Assembly (NCBI GenBank): GCA_964584065.1
Contig: CAZOYK010000001.1
Location: 1-60,540 of the forward strand
Direction: 5' to 3'
Length of the DNA stretch: 60,540 nucleotides
Source: an uncultured Anaerolineaceae bacterium
Lineage (GTDB): Bacteria; Chloroflexota; Anaerolineae; Anaerolineales; Anaerolineaceae
Below are positions 17,069-26,145 of the stretch, piece by piece (position 1 is the stretch's first letter; every line of letters starts with the position of its first letter). The notes beneath the pieces are model-generated. The model was not told the DNA's origin. It did not search any database and saw nothing but the letters and a program-made list of their open reading frames with translations. The position numbers were made by a program, and so were the translations under genes.

Positions 17069-18559
17069 TCATGGGGTGATCAATGGTTCGAAACGGATGA
17101 AATCATAGTAAGCATCAAACTCATCGTCCTTATACCGAGAACTCCCCCCGCCTGCACTCAAAAAGAGTTTATCACCAGCTGCGTACCCTTCGGTTTTTCC
17201 CAGGTAGATCCAATCGACGCCATTTTCTGAATAATAAAAGGTGTATTTCAAACCTGCCATATCAAGCCGCAAGTAAACCGGACCTGAAAAACGGATTTGA
17301 TCAGAAAAAATTGCCTCATAATAGTAATCATAAGGGCAACTATCATCAAAACAAGCCCAGGCATACACAGAACGACCGCTATCGCTTTCAAGGGTTATTC
17401 CTAATTTAATCGTATAACCATTCGTTTCATAGGAGTTAGGCGTAAGACCCATGCCTACATTCTGGCCTTCACGGTACATATCGCCGTCTACACGTGTGAT
17501 GATGGAGATGTTTGTGTGAGTCAGTGGATAGATGAAGATATTCTTTGGGATGTAATTTTCGTCATCAAATTCCTGGTAACGTCCGGAAATGTGCAGCCAG
17601 CCCGGTTTATCGGTGAGGTCCCAGCGGGTGGGGTCTGCACGCTCAACGCGCATATTCAGAGGAAGACCCGCTGATTCTTCAAATTGTGTACTTAATTCTT
17701 CCAGGATCGGTCTCAACGCCATCGATGTTGCCTGTATGGCTTCCTGCTGTCTCTGCTCTTCAAGCGCAGTCTGGGTTGCCTGGGTAATTGCCTGTTGTGT
17801 GCTTGTGTAAGCTGTTTGGGTAGCACTCTCCGCCATTTGTGTGCTCTGCTGTTGAAGTTCCAGCGCTTCATTGGTTGCCTGCTGCATGTATTGGAGGGCT
17901 TGTTGTGTCTTTAGTTGCATACTTTCGTAGGCTTCTTGCGTCTTCTGCTGCATGTACTGATACGCTTCGTTTGTCTCAGATACTGCAACTTCAGTCCCTT
18001 CCCGGTTTAATTCTTCTGCCCTGGCGGTTTCAGTTGGATTAGGAAGAATTTCGTTTGTGTCGAGGACGTAAGTAAGGATGAGGTTCTGACCTGGTTCAAG
18101 GTCTTTTATGCCGTACGAGCGTCGATATTGATCGATTTTGCCGCTCGAAAGGCTTTCGATTGATAAAAAGTAGAGTTGGGTATCTTTTCCCCATATTTCA
18201 ACAGGCACAGAGGACTCATTCCGCCAGCCCTCATTAATGAGCTGTTCTTCCAAATCAGAGTATATTGCTGCATACTCTTCATCACTCATTCTCAAGTCCA
18301 GGCTGTTCTTATAAAGGGTAAACTCGTATCCAAAATTGTCCACCACCAACCTTTCTACGTCAGACGGACTGATTGGAATAACTGTTGCCTTTTTATGCAC
18401 TGGGAAATCACTTAGTTTGGGTGCAACTTGTGTTACGGGGGTTGATGTAGGGGCACATGCATGGGCCATTAGAACGATAATGAGAATACACGAAAATATC
18501 ATGAAAACCGATTTCTTATTCACAACTCCTCCTCTATTTAAAGAAAAACCGTTAATCAT
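17069..18559 (-). CDS. Secreted hypothetical protein with Gln-rich hendecad repeats and a C-terminal beta-sandwich (ConA-like) region
   Basis: Signal-like MIFSCILIIVLMAHACA. Seven 11-residue repeats (EAYQYMQQKTQ / EAYESMQLKTQ / ...) at aa ~198-277. AT-richer than its flanks. Confidence 0.55.
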   Translation of the reverse strand: MINGFSLNRGGVVNKKSVFMIFSCILIIVLMAHACAPTSTPVTQVAPKLSDFPVHKKATVIPISPSDVERLVVDNFGYEFTLYKNSLDLRMSDEEYAAIYSDLEEQLINEGWRNESSVPVEIWGKDTQLYFLSIESLSSGKIDQYRRSYGIKDLEPGQNLILTYVLDTNEILPNPTETARAEELNREGTEVAVSETNEAYQYMQQKTQEAYESMQLKTQQALQYMQQATNEALELQQQSTQMAESATQTAYTSTQQAITQATQTALEEQRQQEAIQATSMALRPILEELSTQFEESAGLPLNMRVERADPTRWDLTDKPGWLHISGRYQEFDDENYIPKNIFIYPLTHTNISIITRVDGDMYREGQNVGMGLTPNSYETNGYTIKLGITLESDSGRSVYAWACFDDSCPYDYYYEAIFSDQIRFSGPVYLRLDMAGLKYTFYYSENGVDWIYLGKTEGYAAGDKLFLSAGGGSSRYKDDEFDAYYDFIRFEPLITP

Positions 18560-18755
18560 TTAATTAATACCATAGATTGGTTCTTTGAACTATAAAAAGA
18601 TCTCAATCGTAAGAGAGACTGCTCAAGTCGCCCTAATAGAAGACGCGTTAATACAAGGCCTTTTTGCGTTATTGAAGGATATAATTGACCATGACATTCT
18701 GCATTCCTGCAAATTTGTGTGAATTTACGCTCTATGAACCCTATGTGAGGTAAGT

Positions 18756-19454
18756 ATGGAATCTGAGAAGAAAACATCGATTGTTCGTATCGCAGTCATG
18801 CTGCTCTTGGTGATGGTTTTATTTCCCCTGCTTCCGATGATCATTTCTGGGAGGTGGGACTGGTGGCAAGCCTGGGTGATGGGGCTGCTATTCATTCTGA
18901 GCTTCATCGTCAGCCGTGCCATCGCCGCCAAAAAGACCCCGGACATCCTCAAGGAGCGCGCAGACTACGCAACCCAGGGTAATACCCAATCCTGGGATAA
19001 GTGGCTCTCCCCAATCATGGCATTTGGCAGCGTTTTCGTCCTGCTGGCTGCTGGATTGGATGAGCTGTTTGATTGGTCTCCTGACCTTGCTTTCGGATTG
19101 GAATTGCTTGGCCTCGCGCTGATCCTGACCGGCTATGTTTTCGGCTCTTTTGCCTTTGTTGAGAACGCCTTTTTTTCTGGCACTGTCCGCCTGCAACCAG
19201 AACGGGGTCAGACCGTCGTATCCACTGGACCATACGCTTGGGTGCGGCACCCGGGCTACCTCGGCAGCCTGATCGCCAGCCTTGGCATGCCCTTGCTGCT
19301 CGACTCTTTATGGGCTTTCGTGCCTGTGGTCATTTTTGGCTCTTTCTTCGTCCTGCGCACCAGTCTTGAAGATCGCTTCCTGCAAGAAAACCTATCAGGT
19401 TACAGTGAATACGCAAACAAGGTTCACTACCGCCTGTTTCCCGGGATTTGGTGA
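18756..19454 (+). CDS. Isoprenylcysteine carboxyl methyltransferase (ICMT/PEMT) family membrane methyltransferase
   Basis: Multi-TM with the C-terminal signature GPYAWVRHPGYLGSLI ... LEDRFL...YSEY. Confidence 0.8.
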   Translation: MESEKKTSIVRIAVMLLLVMVLFPLLPMIISGRWDWWQAWVMGLLFILSFIVSRAIAAKKTPDILKERADYATQGNTQSWDKWLSPIMAFGSVFVLLAAGLDELFDWSPDLAFGLELLGLALILTGYVFGSFAFVENAFFSGTVRLQPERGQTVVSTGPYAWVRHPGYLGSLIASLGMPLLLDSLWAFVPVVIFGSFFVLRTSLEDRFLQENLSGYSEYANKVHYRLFPGIW

Positions 19455-19562
19455 AATCTGATTTGGCGGTTGATGCTGCTGGTGTGTTTGCGCATTAATT
19501 CTTAACGCTCTGATATCATTGCCCTGTACGTAATAAACCTCATAATTAGAAAGGGAAATACT

Positions 19563-20036
19563 ATGCCCCGCGTATCACTCAACCAACCCGCACCCAATTT
19601 CACCCTCCCCGATTTTTCCGGGAAGGACTTCACCCTGTCTGACCTGAAAGGTCAAAAAATCGTTTTGTTGGTGTTCAACCGCACCTTTGCCTGACCATTC
19701 TGCCAAAAGCATATGGCGCAGTTGCGTCATGACCACACAGAATTTGTATCCCGCGATGTTGCCGTTGTAGTTGTTGGTCCTGAAGATGCCCAGGGCTTTT
19801 CAGACTATTGGCAAAAAGAAAACCTGCCTTTCATTGGGCTGCCTGACCCTAAAGCCAGCGTATTGAAGCTCTACGGCCAGGAGGTGAACCTCTTCAAACT
19901 GGGGCGCATGCCCGCCCAGGTGCTGATCGACAAGGAAGGCATCGCGCGCTTTGTTCATTATGGACACAGCATGAGCGATATCCCCAGCAACGAGGAGATT
20001 TTGGGGCTCGTGGATGAAATCAACCAGGCAAAATAA
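19563..20036 (+). CDS. Peroxiredoxin-like (PRX_like2/AhpC-TSA redoxin) protein with in-frame TGA at the first Cys of the CxxC motif; candidate selenoprotein (U-P-F-C)
   Basis: ATG 19563 reads MPRVSLNQPAPNFTLPDFSGKDFTLSDLKGQKIVLLVFNRTFA-TGA(19692-19694)-PFCQKHMAQL. This continues in frame into ORF-track 19713-20036 and gives a complete thioredoxin-fold redoxin. Confidence 0.6.
19712..19731 (+). promoter_or_regulatory. Candidate bacterial SECIS hairpin downstream of the TGA
   Basis: UAUGGCGC [AGUU] GCGUCAUG forms an 8-bp stem (2 G-U) with an apical loop containing GU. The loop starts 28 nt after the UGA. Confidence 0.4.
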
Positions 20037-20126
20037 TGCCACTTTGGAGCAAAACTATTGAAAAAACGGGGGTTGTAAATGGTTGTATAATCCAACTATC
20101 ATTCGTTCAAATGAAAAAGGAGAATC

Positions 20127-20408
20127 ATGGACAATTTATTACCCCTCATTTTGCAGTTAGCTGGCGGAGCAGCCGGCGGTAATCTCATCGCCAAACTGCT
20201 CAAGAATCTCGACCTCGGTCCAATCGGCAACACCATCATCGGTCTTATCGGCGGTTTTGGCGGCGGGCAGTTGGCAGGTCTTTTGGGCGCCTCCACTGGC
20301 GGCACCGACATCGCTGCGATATTGGGCAGCCTGCTGGGTGGCGGCGTTGGCGGCGGTGCTCTGACCGCGATTGTTGGGCTCATTAAGGGCTTCATCGCAA
20401 AAAAGTAG
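20127..20408 (+). CDS. Glycine-zipper small membrane protein
   Basis: AAGGAG RBS at 20117-20122. 93 aa of GxxxG-rich helices (IIGLIGGFGGGQLAGLLG). A strong terminator follows. The long antisense Pro-rich ORF is its mirror image. Confidence 0.6.
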   Translation: MDNLLPLILQLAGGAAGGNLIAKLLKNLDLGPIGNTIIGLIGGFGGGQLAGLLGASTGGTDIAAILGSLLGGGVGGGALTAIVGLIKGFIAKK

Positions 20409-20421
20409 CTGCAAGATAAAG

Positions 20422-20458
20422 AAAGAGGCTGTCCACCAAAATGACAGCCTCTTTTTGT
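20422..20458 (+). terminator. Rho-independent terminator
   Basis: AAAGAGGCTGTC caccaaaat GACAGCCTCTTT followed by a T-run. Confidence 0.8.
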
Positions 20459-20514
20459 TCTCTTTTTCGACATAGCAAAAACGTGCCAAACAGCACGGGT
20501 TGTGAGTAGACAGC

Positions 20515-21600
20515 ATGGAATCAGAAAGCTTTTTATTCGTTGGGGGTGAGTTTTACTACGACGACCAGTGGAAAACTGACCTATCAAGCTTCCCGTCCGA
20601 GGGCACAATCTTCCTGAACGGCGGGAAAGCCTGCCTGACCGTCATCTGCGATTACCTGCGCGACCGCGGCATCCGCCGCGTGCTTTTACCGGCTTACCTT
20701 TGCCCAACCATTGTTGACACAATTGAATCATGCGGTTTAAGCTGCGATTACTACAACATTTCCCCATCTTTCACGATCGACACCACTGATCTCGAACGCC
20801 AGCTCCACGACAAGCAGGCGGTCTACTTCATCAACTACTTTGGCTTCTCCCCCAGCCCTGATATTCAAAATTACCTGTCCGGGCTGCGACAGGCTGGAAG
20901 AATCGTGATCGAGGATAATGCCCAGGCGGGATTTTTGACTCAGACCATCGGTGATTTCGCTTTCAACAGCATGCGCAAACTCTGCCCATTTGATGGCGGC
21001 TACCTGAAAAGCAGCCACGAGCTCGAGCCTTACCTGGCAGCCTACACCGGCAGAGAAAACCATCGTCTGCCGCTGATTCGTCAATACCGCAGCCAGTTAA
21101 AAGCATACTTATTTGAAGATATCGGCGACCGTGAGACGCTTGAGGAATTATTCTCACGGGCGGAGTCGTATTACGCGCGTGATGGAGTGGTTTTAGGGGA
21201 TGAGCAGGAACGCCAACAGATCGAACATCTCGATTGGGCAGCCATCAAACAGGTTCGTCGCCAAAACTACACCAGTCTCTTGAGCTTAATTTCCAGAAAT
21301 CAGCTAATCTCCCCCATCTTTCCTGCCCTGCAGCCAGACAATATGCCCCTGGGTTTGCCAGTCTATGTCAGGAATGGTTTACGAGACGAATTGAATGAGT
21401 ATTTAGGTGAGAATGGGATTGGTCTGACCATCCATTGGGAAGACCTGCTCGTTGACCCCCGTCTGAACGGCAACGCGCTTGCGGTGGAAATGACCAGAAA
21501 TATCCTCACCCTGGCAATCGACCAATACACCAGCCCCAAGCAACTGGAGTATCTTTCTCAAAAACTGGTTGAATTTGCTGCAACAAGAAACCTTGCTTGA
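20515..21600 (+). CDS. PLP-dependent aminotransferase-like protein, distant DegT/DnrJ/EryC1/StrS family
   Basis: 361 aa. LPAYLCPTIVDTI, IEDNAQA and a candidate PLP-lysine context in FNSMRKLCP. The family assignment is tentative. Confidence 0.5.
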   Translation: MESESFLFVGGEFYYDDQWKTDLSSFPSEGTIFLNGGKACLTVICDYLRDRGIRRVLLPAYLCPTIVDTIESCGLSCDYYNISPSFTIDTTDLERQLHDKQAVYFINYFGFSPSPDIQNYLSGLRQAGRIVIEDNAQAGFLTQTIGDFAFNSMRKLCPFDGGYLKSSHELEPYLAAYTGRENHRLPLIRQYRSQLKAYLFEDIGDRETLEELFSRAESYYARDGVVLGDEQERQQIEHLDWAAIKQVRRQNYTSLLSLISRNQLISPIFPALQPDNMPLGLPVYVRNGLRDELNEYLGENGIGLTIHWEDLLVDPRLNGNALAVEMTRNILTLAIDQYTSPKQLEYLSQKLVEFAATRNLA

Positions 21601-21719
21601 TTTTATAAGTCCGCAAAATCAATCTGCAACTAACGGCTATTTGACCGCCCAAACGAGATTTCGCGCAACAAAAAAAGGCTGCCCTTTTCTTGGACAGCCT
21701 CTGATTAAATCTTCATTCT

Positions 21720-23132
21720 TTAGGGGAGGGTATTGTTCGCGGCAAAATCATCTCCCAGTACCACCACAATGTGGGTGGGAGCGTTGGGGTCATAGGCATA
21801 GAAGATCCGGTAGGGTTCAGTCACAGCCAGGAATTCAACCAGATGATGCAGGGTGTAGGGCTTGGCACCATAAAAAGTGACGGTGGAGTAGGCGCTATAG
21901 GCGGCATTGCCCTGTTCAACCACGTTTATGCCCTGGCTCTTGAGGTATTCTGAAGTTCTCTCAGCCAAGCCTTCTGTGCTCGAGCCATTCATAATTGAGA
22001 CCGTCGCACCTTCTTCCGCCAAAACGTTCAATAGCGTGTCAGGGTCCTGCACGTCAATCGCCCCACCCCCTCCAAAAACGCTATCGCGCAGTTCGCGAAT
22101 GCGATCAGGGATCGGTCGTAAAATTGCCAATCCGTCCGGGGAAGTGCCAGATGACACGTCCTGCCAGCCGATGGCAGTATGCACAATCTGATCGCGCGGG
22201 ATGTCATTGAGCACTTTTATTCCAAGCCGCATCACCTGGTCCAGATCCAGGTTGGTGCGGATGCCCTGGGAGAGGCTGGCATAGAGTTCTGGCGAGCGCT
22301 GGATAAGCTTGGGCAGCATATCAAATTCCAGGATGCGGTCGCGAATCGCCAGGATAACCTGCTGCTGCCGCTGTGAGCGGGAAATATCGCCGCCAGTTGG
22401 CTCGCGGTAGCGCACGTACGCCAGCGCCAGATCGCCCGGGAGCGTATAGGTGCCCGGTTCCAGCCATTGTGAGAATTTTGTGTCAACGATGTTTAGCTGA
22501 ACTCTCTCTGTGGAGGTGATCTTGACGCCGTCAATCTGATCGATGAAGCTAACAAAAGCCTCGAAATCAATCTGGGCATAATAATGAACCGGAACACCGA
22601 GCAAGTTCTCAACGGTCTTTGCCGCCAGCGCCGGACCGCCGCCAGGCAGCTGGAAACTTTCGCCAATGCTGTATGCGGTGTTGATCTTGCCGTAATTCGA
22701 GCCGGGGATCTTTACCCACAGGTCGCGCGGAATGGAGAGCATGCCGGCAGTGTTGTTGACCGGATCGAGCGTGAAAAGGATCATGGTGTCGGTCAGTGGG
22801 TTGGCAGCGTCGGGGCTGCGGGCGTCGATGCCCATCACCAAAAGGTTAACCCGGGTTTTGCCATCCCAGGCTTCGGGCATGATAAACGTGTCGAGCGGCG
22901 GAGCTTCCGGGGTTAAGGTGATCCCGGGCTCAAGCGTGAGATCCGGGTCAGCAGTGGGATCGTCCGTGATTGGTGCGCCGCCGGGATTGAAGATGGTTGC
23001 CCTGGCAACAAAATCACTGGTAAAGCGGAAGAGGAAATATCCTCCAACCAAGCCTAAAACCACTAATGTGATTAACACAACCAGGGACTTCCCGCGGGGA
23101 AGTTCCCACCGTTTCTTATCAGTATTTTTCAT
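21720..23132 (-). CDS. LCP (LytR-CpsA-Psr) family glycopolymer-to-cell-wall transferase with C-terminal LytR_C domain
   Basis: N-terminal TM helix. NLLVMGIDARS..TDTMILFTLDP..MLSIPRDLWVKIPG..KINTAY core. Confidence 0.9.
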   Translation of the reverse strand: MKNTDKKRWELPRGKSLVVLITLVVLGLVGGYFLFRFTSDFVARATIFNPGGAPITDDPTADPDLTLEPGITLTPEAPPLDTFIMPEAWDGKTRVNLLVMGIDARSPDAANPLTDTMILFTLDPVNNTAGMLSIPRDLWVKIPGSNYGKINTAYSIGESFQLPGGGPALAAKTVENLLGVPVHYYAQIDFEAFVSFIDQIDGVKITSTERVQLNIVDTKFSQWLEPGTYTLPGDLALAYVRYREPTGGDISRSQRQQQVILAIRDRILEFDMLPKLIQRSPELYASLSQGIRTNLDLDQVMRLGIKVLNDIPRDQIVHTAIGWQDVSSGTSPDGLAILRPIPDRIRELRDSVFGGGGAIDVQDPDTLLNVLAEEGATVSIMNGSSTEGLAERTSEYLKSQGINVVEQGNAAYSAYSTVTFYGAKPYTLHHLVEFLAVTEPYRIFYAYDPNAPTHIVVVLGDDFAANNTLP

Positions 23133-23159
23133 AAGTCCTTTATTTTGGCGAGGCTCCGC

Positions 23160-23411
23160 TTATCCCGGCATGGGAGGAGGCACTGGCAGGTCTTCCTTCT
23201 TGGTATCGCGCCACTTATCGCCTTCATCGATGCGCATGATCAAAATACCATCCCAAATAGGGTACTTTCGACCGCAATCCTGGCAGATCAGCCAATAGTC
23301 GCCATACATTTCCAGGGTACCGGCATTCTCTTTTACGCAAACCGGACAAGCCAGTTTGTCGAACAATTCTTTACTGATCACATCAGCCTCCATCATATGC
23401 CTTCGGAACAT
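23160..23411 (-). CDS. Trm112/UPF0434-family zinc-ribbon protein
   Basis: LACPVC ... LICQDCGRKYPIWDGILIM motif. ATG 23396 is an alternative start. Confidence 0.75.
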   Translation of the reverse strand: MFRRHMMEADVISKELFDKLACPVCVKENAGTLEMYGDYWLICQDCGRKYPIWDGILIMRIDEGDKWRDTKKEDLPVPPPMPG

Positions 23412-23457
23412 GCTTCCGACGGCGGATAAATTTTACCATAGGGCAGCTTTGGCTCGC

Positions 23458-25338
23458 CTAATCTTGATGCTCACCTATATCCGTTCCCGGACCATAATTA
23501 TACCCATCGGGCCAGGGAACGTAGGTGGTATGAACATAGTCGGTGAAATAAAGCGCCCCGTCTTTGTAGACGTTCCGCTGCACCGAAACACTCGCGCCAT
23601 TAACTGCCCAGTCCACCTGCTTGATTTCGCCGGTTGGCAGGGTGGGATCCTCGCGATAGACCGGTTCGGGAGGCGGCGTGACGTTGGTGACGCCCGTAGT
23701 GCTCCAATCTACGCTGCGTCCATCGCTGGTGGAATAAAACTTCCAGGTGAGCGAGTAGTCGGTGGCGTAGGTCTCCATCAGAATCCAGTAAGGCGTATCG
23801 TTGCGAAACTTGAAGTCCACAACAGGCACATAAACAGTTGCGTCCAATCCCGCCAAATTTGTGTCCACCCAGCCGTTGGCATTCTGCTCGTAATAGCTGA
23901 CGCGATAGGCGTGCGGGTAACGCTCCACAATCGGGAAGCCGGCAAAGAACGCCGTCCGGAAGAGCGTAGTGCTCACCTGGCAGACACCGCCGCCGACTCC
24001 CCGAACGGATTGATCGCCAACAATGATAATGGCTTCGGCATAACCGTTTTCAAGGCTGATGTCGGTCAGATATTTTGCCATCGAGAAAACTTCGCCCGGC
24101 GCAACCATAACGCCGTGGAAGCTGGCTGCGGCTGTGCGAATGTTTTGGAGGCGATCCGCGGTCGAACCATAGAAGTAAGAATGCCCCTCGTAAACAAGTT
24201 CAGTGATCCCCAGGCTGGCAGCTGTTGAGTCATCTCTGACAGCCGGGTCAACATCCTGCATGACCAAAGTAGCCTCGTGCTGCCCTGATTGAAGCTGCTG
24301 GATGATCTGGTCAACGCTTTGCTCAAGGTCAAGACCTTTACCAATAACGGCATTCTGAATGACCTCGATTTCCCTGCGTTCGTCGTCGAAATACATGCGC
24401 GCATTCACGGGTTCAACGCGTAAGGAGGGGGCAATGCTGCTGAGATAATTGAGCAGAGACTGGCGATTGAGGCTGAGTTGGTAACCGGCTGTGCCAGCAT
24501 CGTAAATTCGTTCGAGTTGAAGCAGGCTGGCAAGATCCTTGGCTTTGATCACCCATGGTCCTGCGCCAGCGTTTGGATCGGCAGGTTGGATGGTGAAATC
24601 CTGGCTGAGAATGCTCCTGGCAAGGTCAGCGGTAGCCTTTACCTCCATGATGACAGGGGCGGTTTCTTCAATAACCAGAGGAATCGTGCCGCTGGTTTGG
24701 GTCAGAAAGAAGGGCTCAAGCTTTTTTAACGTGGCTGGGATGTCGACCTTGCGCCCAACCTGACCTTCACTAACTTTCACTTCCGTACCTTCCAGCGTGA
24801 TTGCAGCTTCAATCATCGGCTTGTCAATCTGCCTGGCGATCTCCTGCAAGATTGCGTGCGCTTCGCGATGGTCGTAGACTACGCTCGGATCGATGTTTAC
24901 GCCCGACTTCATGGCAAAAAACTGACTGCTAAGGTCTGCCAACAATCCCTGCCCCCGACCCACCTGGTAAGCTTGCTCAACGGCGCTGATCGGTTCAAAG
25001 GTGTAACCCAGCTGACCGGGATTGAATGCCCAGCGGGAGTCCCCATCGGTAAAAAAGATCTGCCCTTGTTTGGGATACGTAAGGCTTGTGTTAAGTTTGA
25101 CAACAGCCTGACCAATCGTGAGACCGGAAAGGTCAGTGCCGTTTACTGACACGCCGGGGAAAATGGCGTTTTCGTGTTTGGCTTCAAAGCCAAACATGAT
25201 CGCAAAAATTGCTGCCAGCGCCAGGAGAATGCCAAATATCAGAACAAAACCAATTTGTCTGTTCATGTTTGCCCGCCTGGCGGGCATTGCAGGCGCGGGT
25301 GCTACCGGAATTGGAGTGGTGTCTTCTGTCATGATCAT
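23458..25338 (-). CDS. VanW-family cell-wall-associated protein (TM anchor, PG-binding-like repeats, VanW domain)
   Basis: N-terminal TM helix (IGFVLIFGILLALAAIFAIMF). VanW core GGGVCQVSTTLFRTAFFAGFPIVERYPHAYRVSYYE. Confidence 0.85.
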   Translation of the reverse strand: MIMTEDTTPIPVAPAPAMPARRANMNRQIGFVLIFGILLALAAIFAIMFGFEAKHENAIFPGVSVNGTDLSGLTIGQAVVKLNTSLTYPKQGQIFFTDGDSRWAFNPGQLGYTFEPISAVEQAYQVGRGQGLLADLSSQFFAMKSGVNIDPSVVYDHREAHAILQEIARQIDKPMIEAAITLEGTEVKVSEGQVGRKVDIPATLKKLEPFFLTQTSGTIPLVIEETAPVIMEVKATADLARSILSQDFTIQPADPNAGAGPWVIKAKDLASLLQLERIYDAGTAGYQLSLNRQSLLNYLSSIAPSLRVEPVNARMYFDDERREIEVIQNAVIGKGLDLEQSVDQIIQQLQSGQHEATLVMQDVDPAVRDDSTAASLGITELVYEGHSYFYGSTADRLQNIRTAAASFHGVMVAPGEVFSMAKYLTDISLENGYAEAIIIVGDQSVRGVGGGVCQVSTTLFRTAFFAGFPIVERYPHAYRVSYYEQNANGWVDTNLAGLDATVYVPVVDFKFRNDTPYWILMETYATDYSLTWKFYSTSDGRSVDWSTTGVTNVTPPPEPVYREDPTLPTGEIKQVDWAVNGASVSVQRNVYKDGALYFTDYVHTTYVPWPDGYNYGPGTDIGEHQD

Positions 25339-25543
25339 CCCAGATTATAGTTTAGGCAGTTAAGGTTAAGCAACCTGAGGCTGCAGGTTTTGTACCTGTT
25401 AACAGACGCTGGGATCACGATTTGGTTCCCTCGCCAGATCTCGAAGCATGCGCTAAACACAGGCACAAATCCCAAACAAACAACAATAATTGAAAGCTGG
25501 AATATAATGGGGCAAGAAGTCAGAAAAAGTCGTAAAAATATTC

Positions 25544-26140
25544 ATGAACAAAATCACTCTCAAGCACATCCTGCCGGCCGTTCTTAGCTGCAGCCTGCTT
25601 CTTTGCTTTCTCAGCCCCGTTTTTGCCAGTAACCTTTTGCAGGAAGCCACACCCGAGGTGCAGCAGCAGCCCACCGCCTTATCCACCCTGCCGGTGGAAC
25701 TTTACTCCCAGACTGCCACGCCGGGCTTGGATGGCGGTATTCGCCACACGGTGCTCGACGGGCAATTCCTGATCACTATCGCAGAGATGTACGGCATTAC
25801 ATTAAACGAGCTGCTCACAAAAAACAATCTGACTGAAGAATCGCTCATCCTGCCAGGGGACATGCTGATCATCCGTGAAGGCGGCGAAATTAACCTTGGT
25901 CAACCCACCAGTACGCCCGAAACACCAGCCCTGATGCTTGCTCCTGAACCCACCCAAACCCCCACCGCTACGCTTGCCCTGGTCCTGGCAGAGCTCACGC
26001 CGGAGCCAACGCCCATGGAAGACCCGGGCGTATTCAATCGCATCATGAGCAGTGACGCCAAGTTTTTGGCATTAGGGGTGTTGGGATTGGTGATTTTTGG
26101 GGTAGTCTTGCTGGTGATCAGTTCACGCCGCATCCAATAA
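25544..26140 (+). CDS. LysM-domain protein with signal peptide, Pro/Thr linker and C-terminal TM anchor
   Basis: LysM HTVLDGQFLITIAEMYGITLNELLTKNNL...LPGDMLII and a PT-rich spacer. Terminal FLALGVLGLVIFGVVLLVI. Confidence 0.8.
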   Translation: MNKITLKHILPAVLSCSLLLCFLSPVFASNLLQEATPEVQQQPTALSTLPVELYSQTATPGLDGGIRHTVLDGQFLITIAEMYGITLNELLTKNNLTEESLILPGDMLIIREGGEINLGQPTSTPETPALMLAPEPTQTPTATLALVLAELTPEPTPMEDPGVFNRIMSSDAKFLALGVLGLVIFGVVLLVISSRRIQ

Positions 26141-26145
26141 TCAGT

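Noticed and set aside
20127-20408. The Gly-rich 93-aa peptide starts MDNLLPLILQLAGG, reminiscent of a double-glycine bacteriocin leader.
   Set aside because: The leader is short and only partly fits the consensus. No C39-peptidase ABC exporter, immunity or modification gene is nearby. The GxxxG-rich hydrophobic sequence fits a glycine-zipper membrane protein.
20099-20608. 169-aa Pro-rich ORF on the minus strand.
   Set aside because: It is the mirror image of the Gly-rich plus-strand gene (GGN read as NCC) and of the start of the DegT-like gene. It has no RBS, whereas the plus-strand gene has both an RBS and a terminator.
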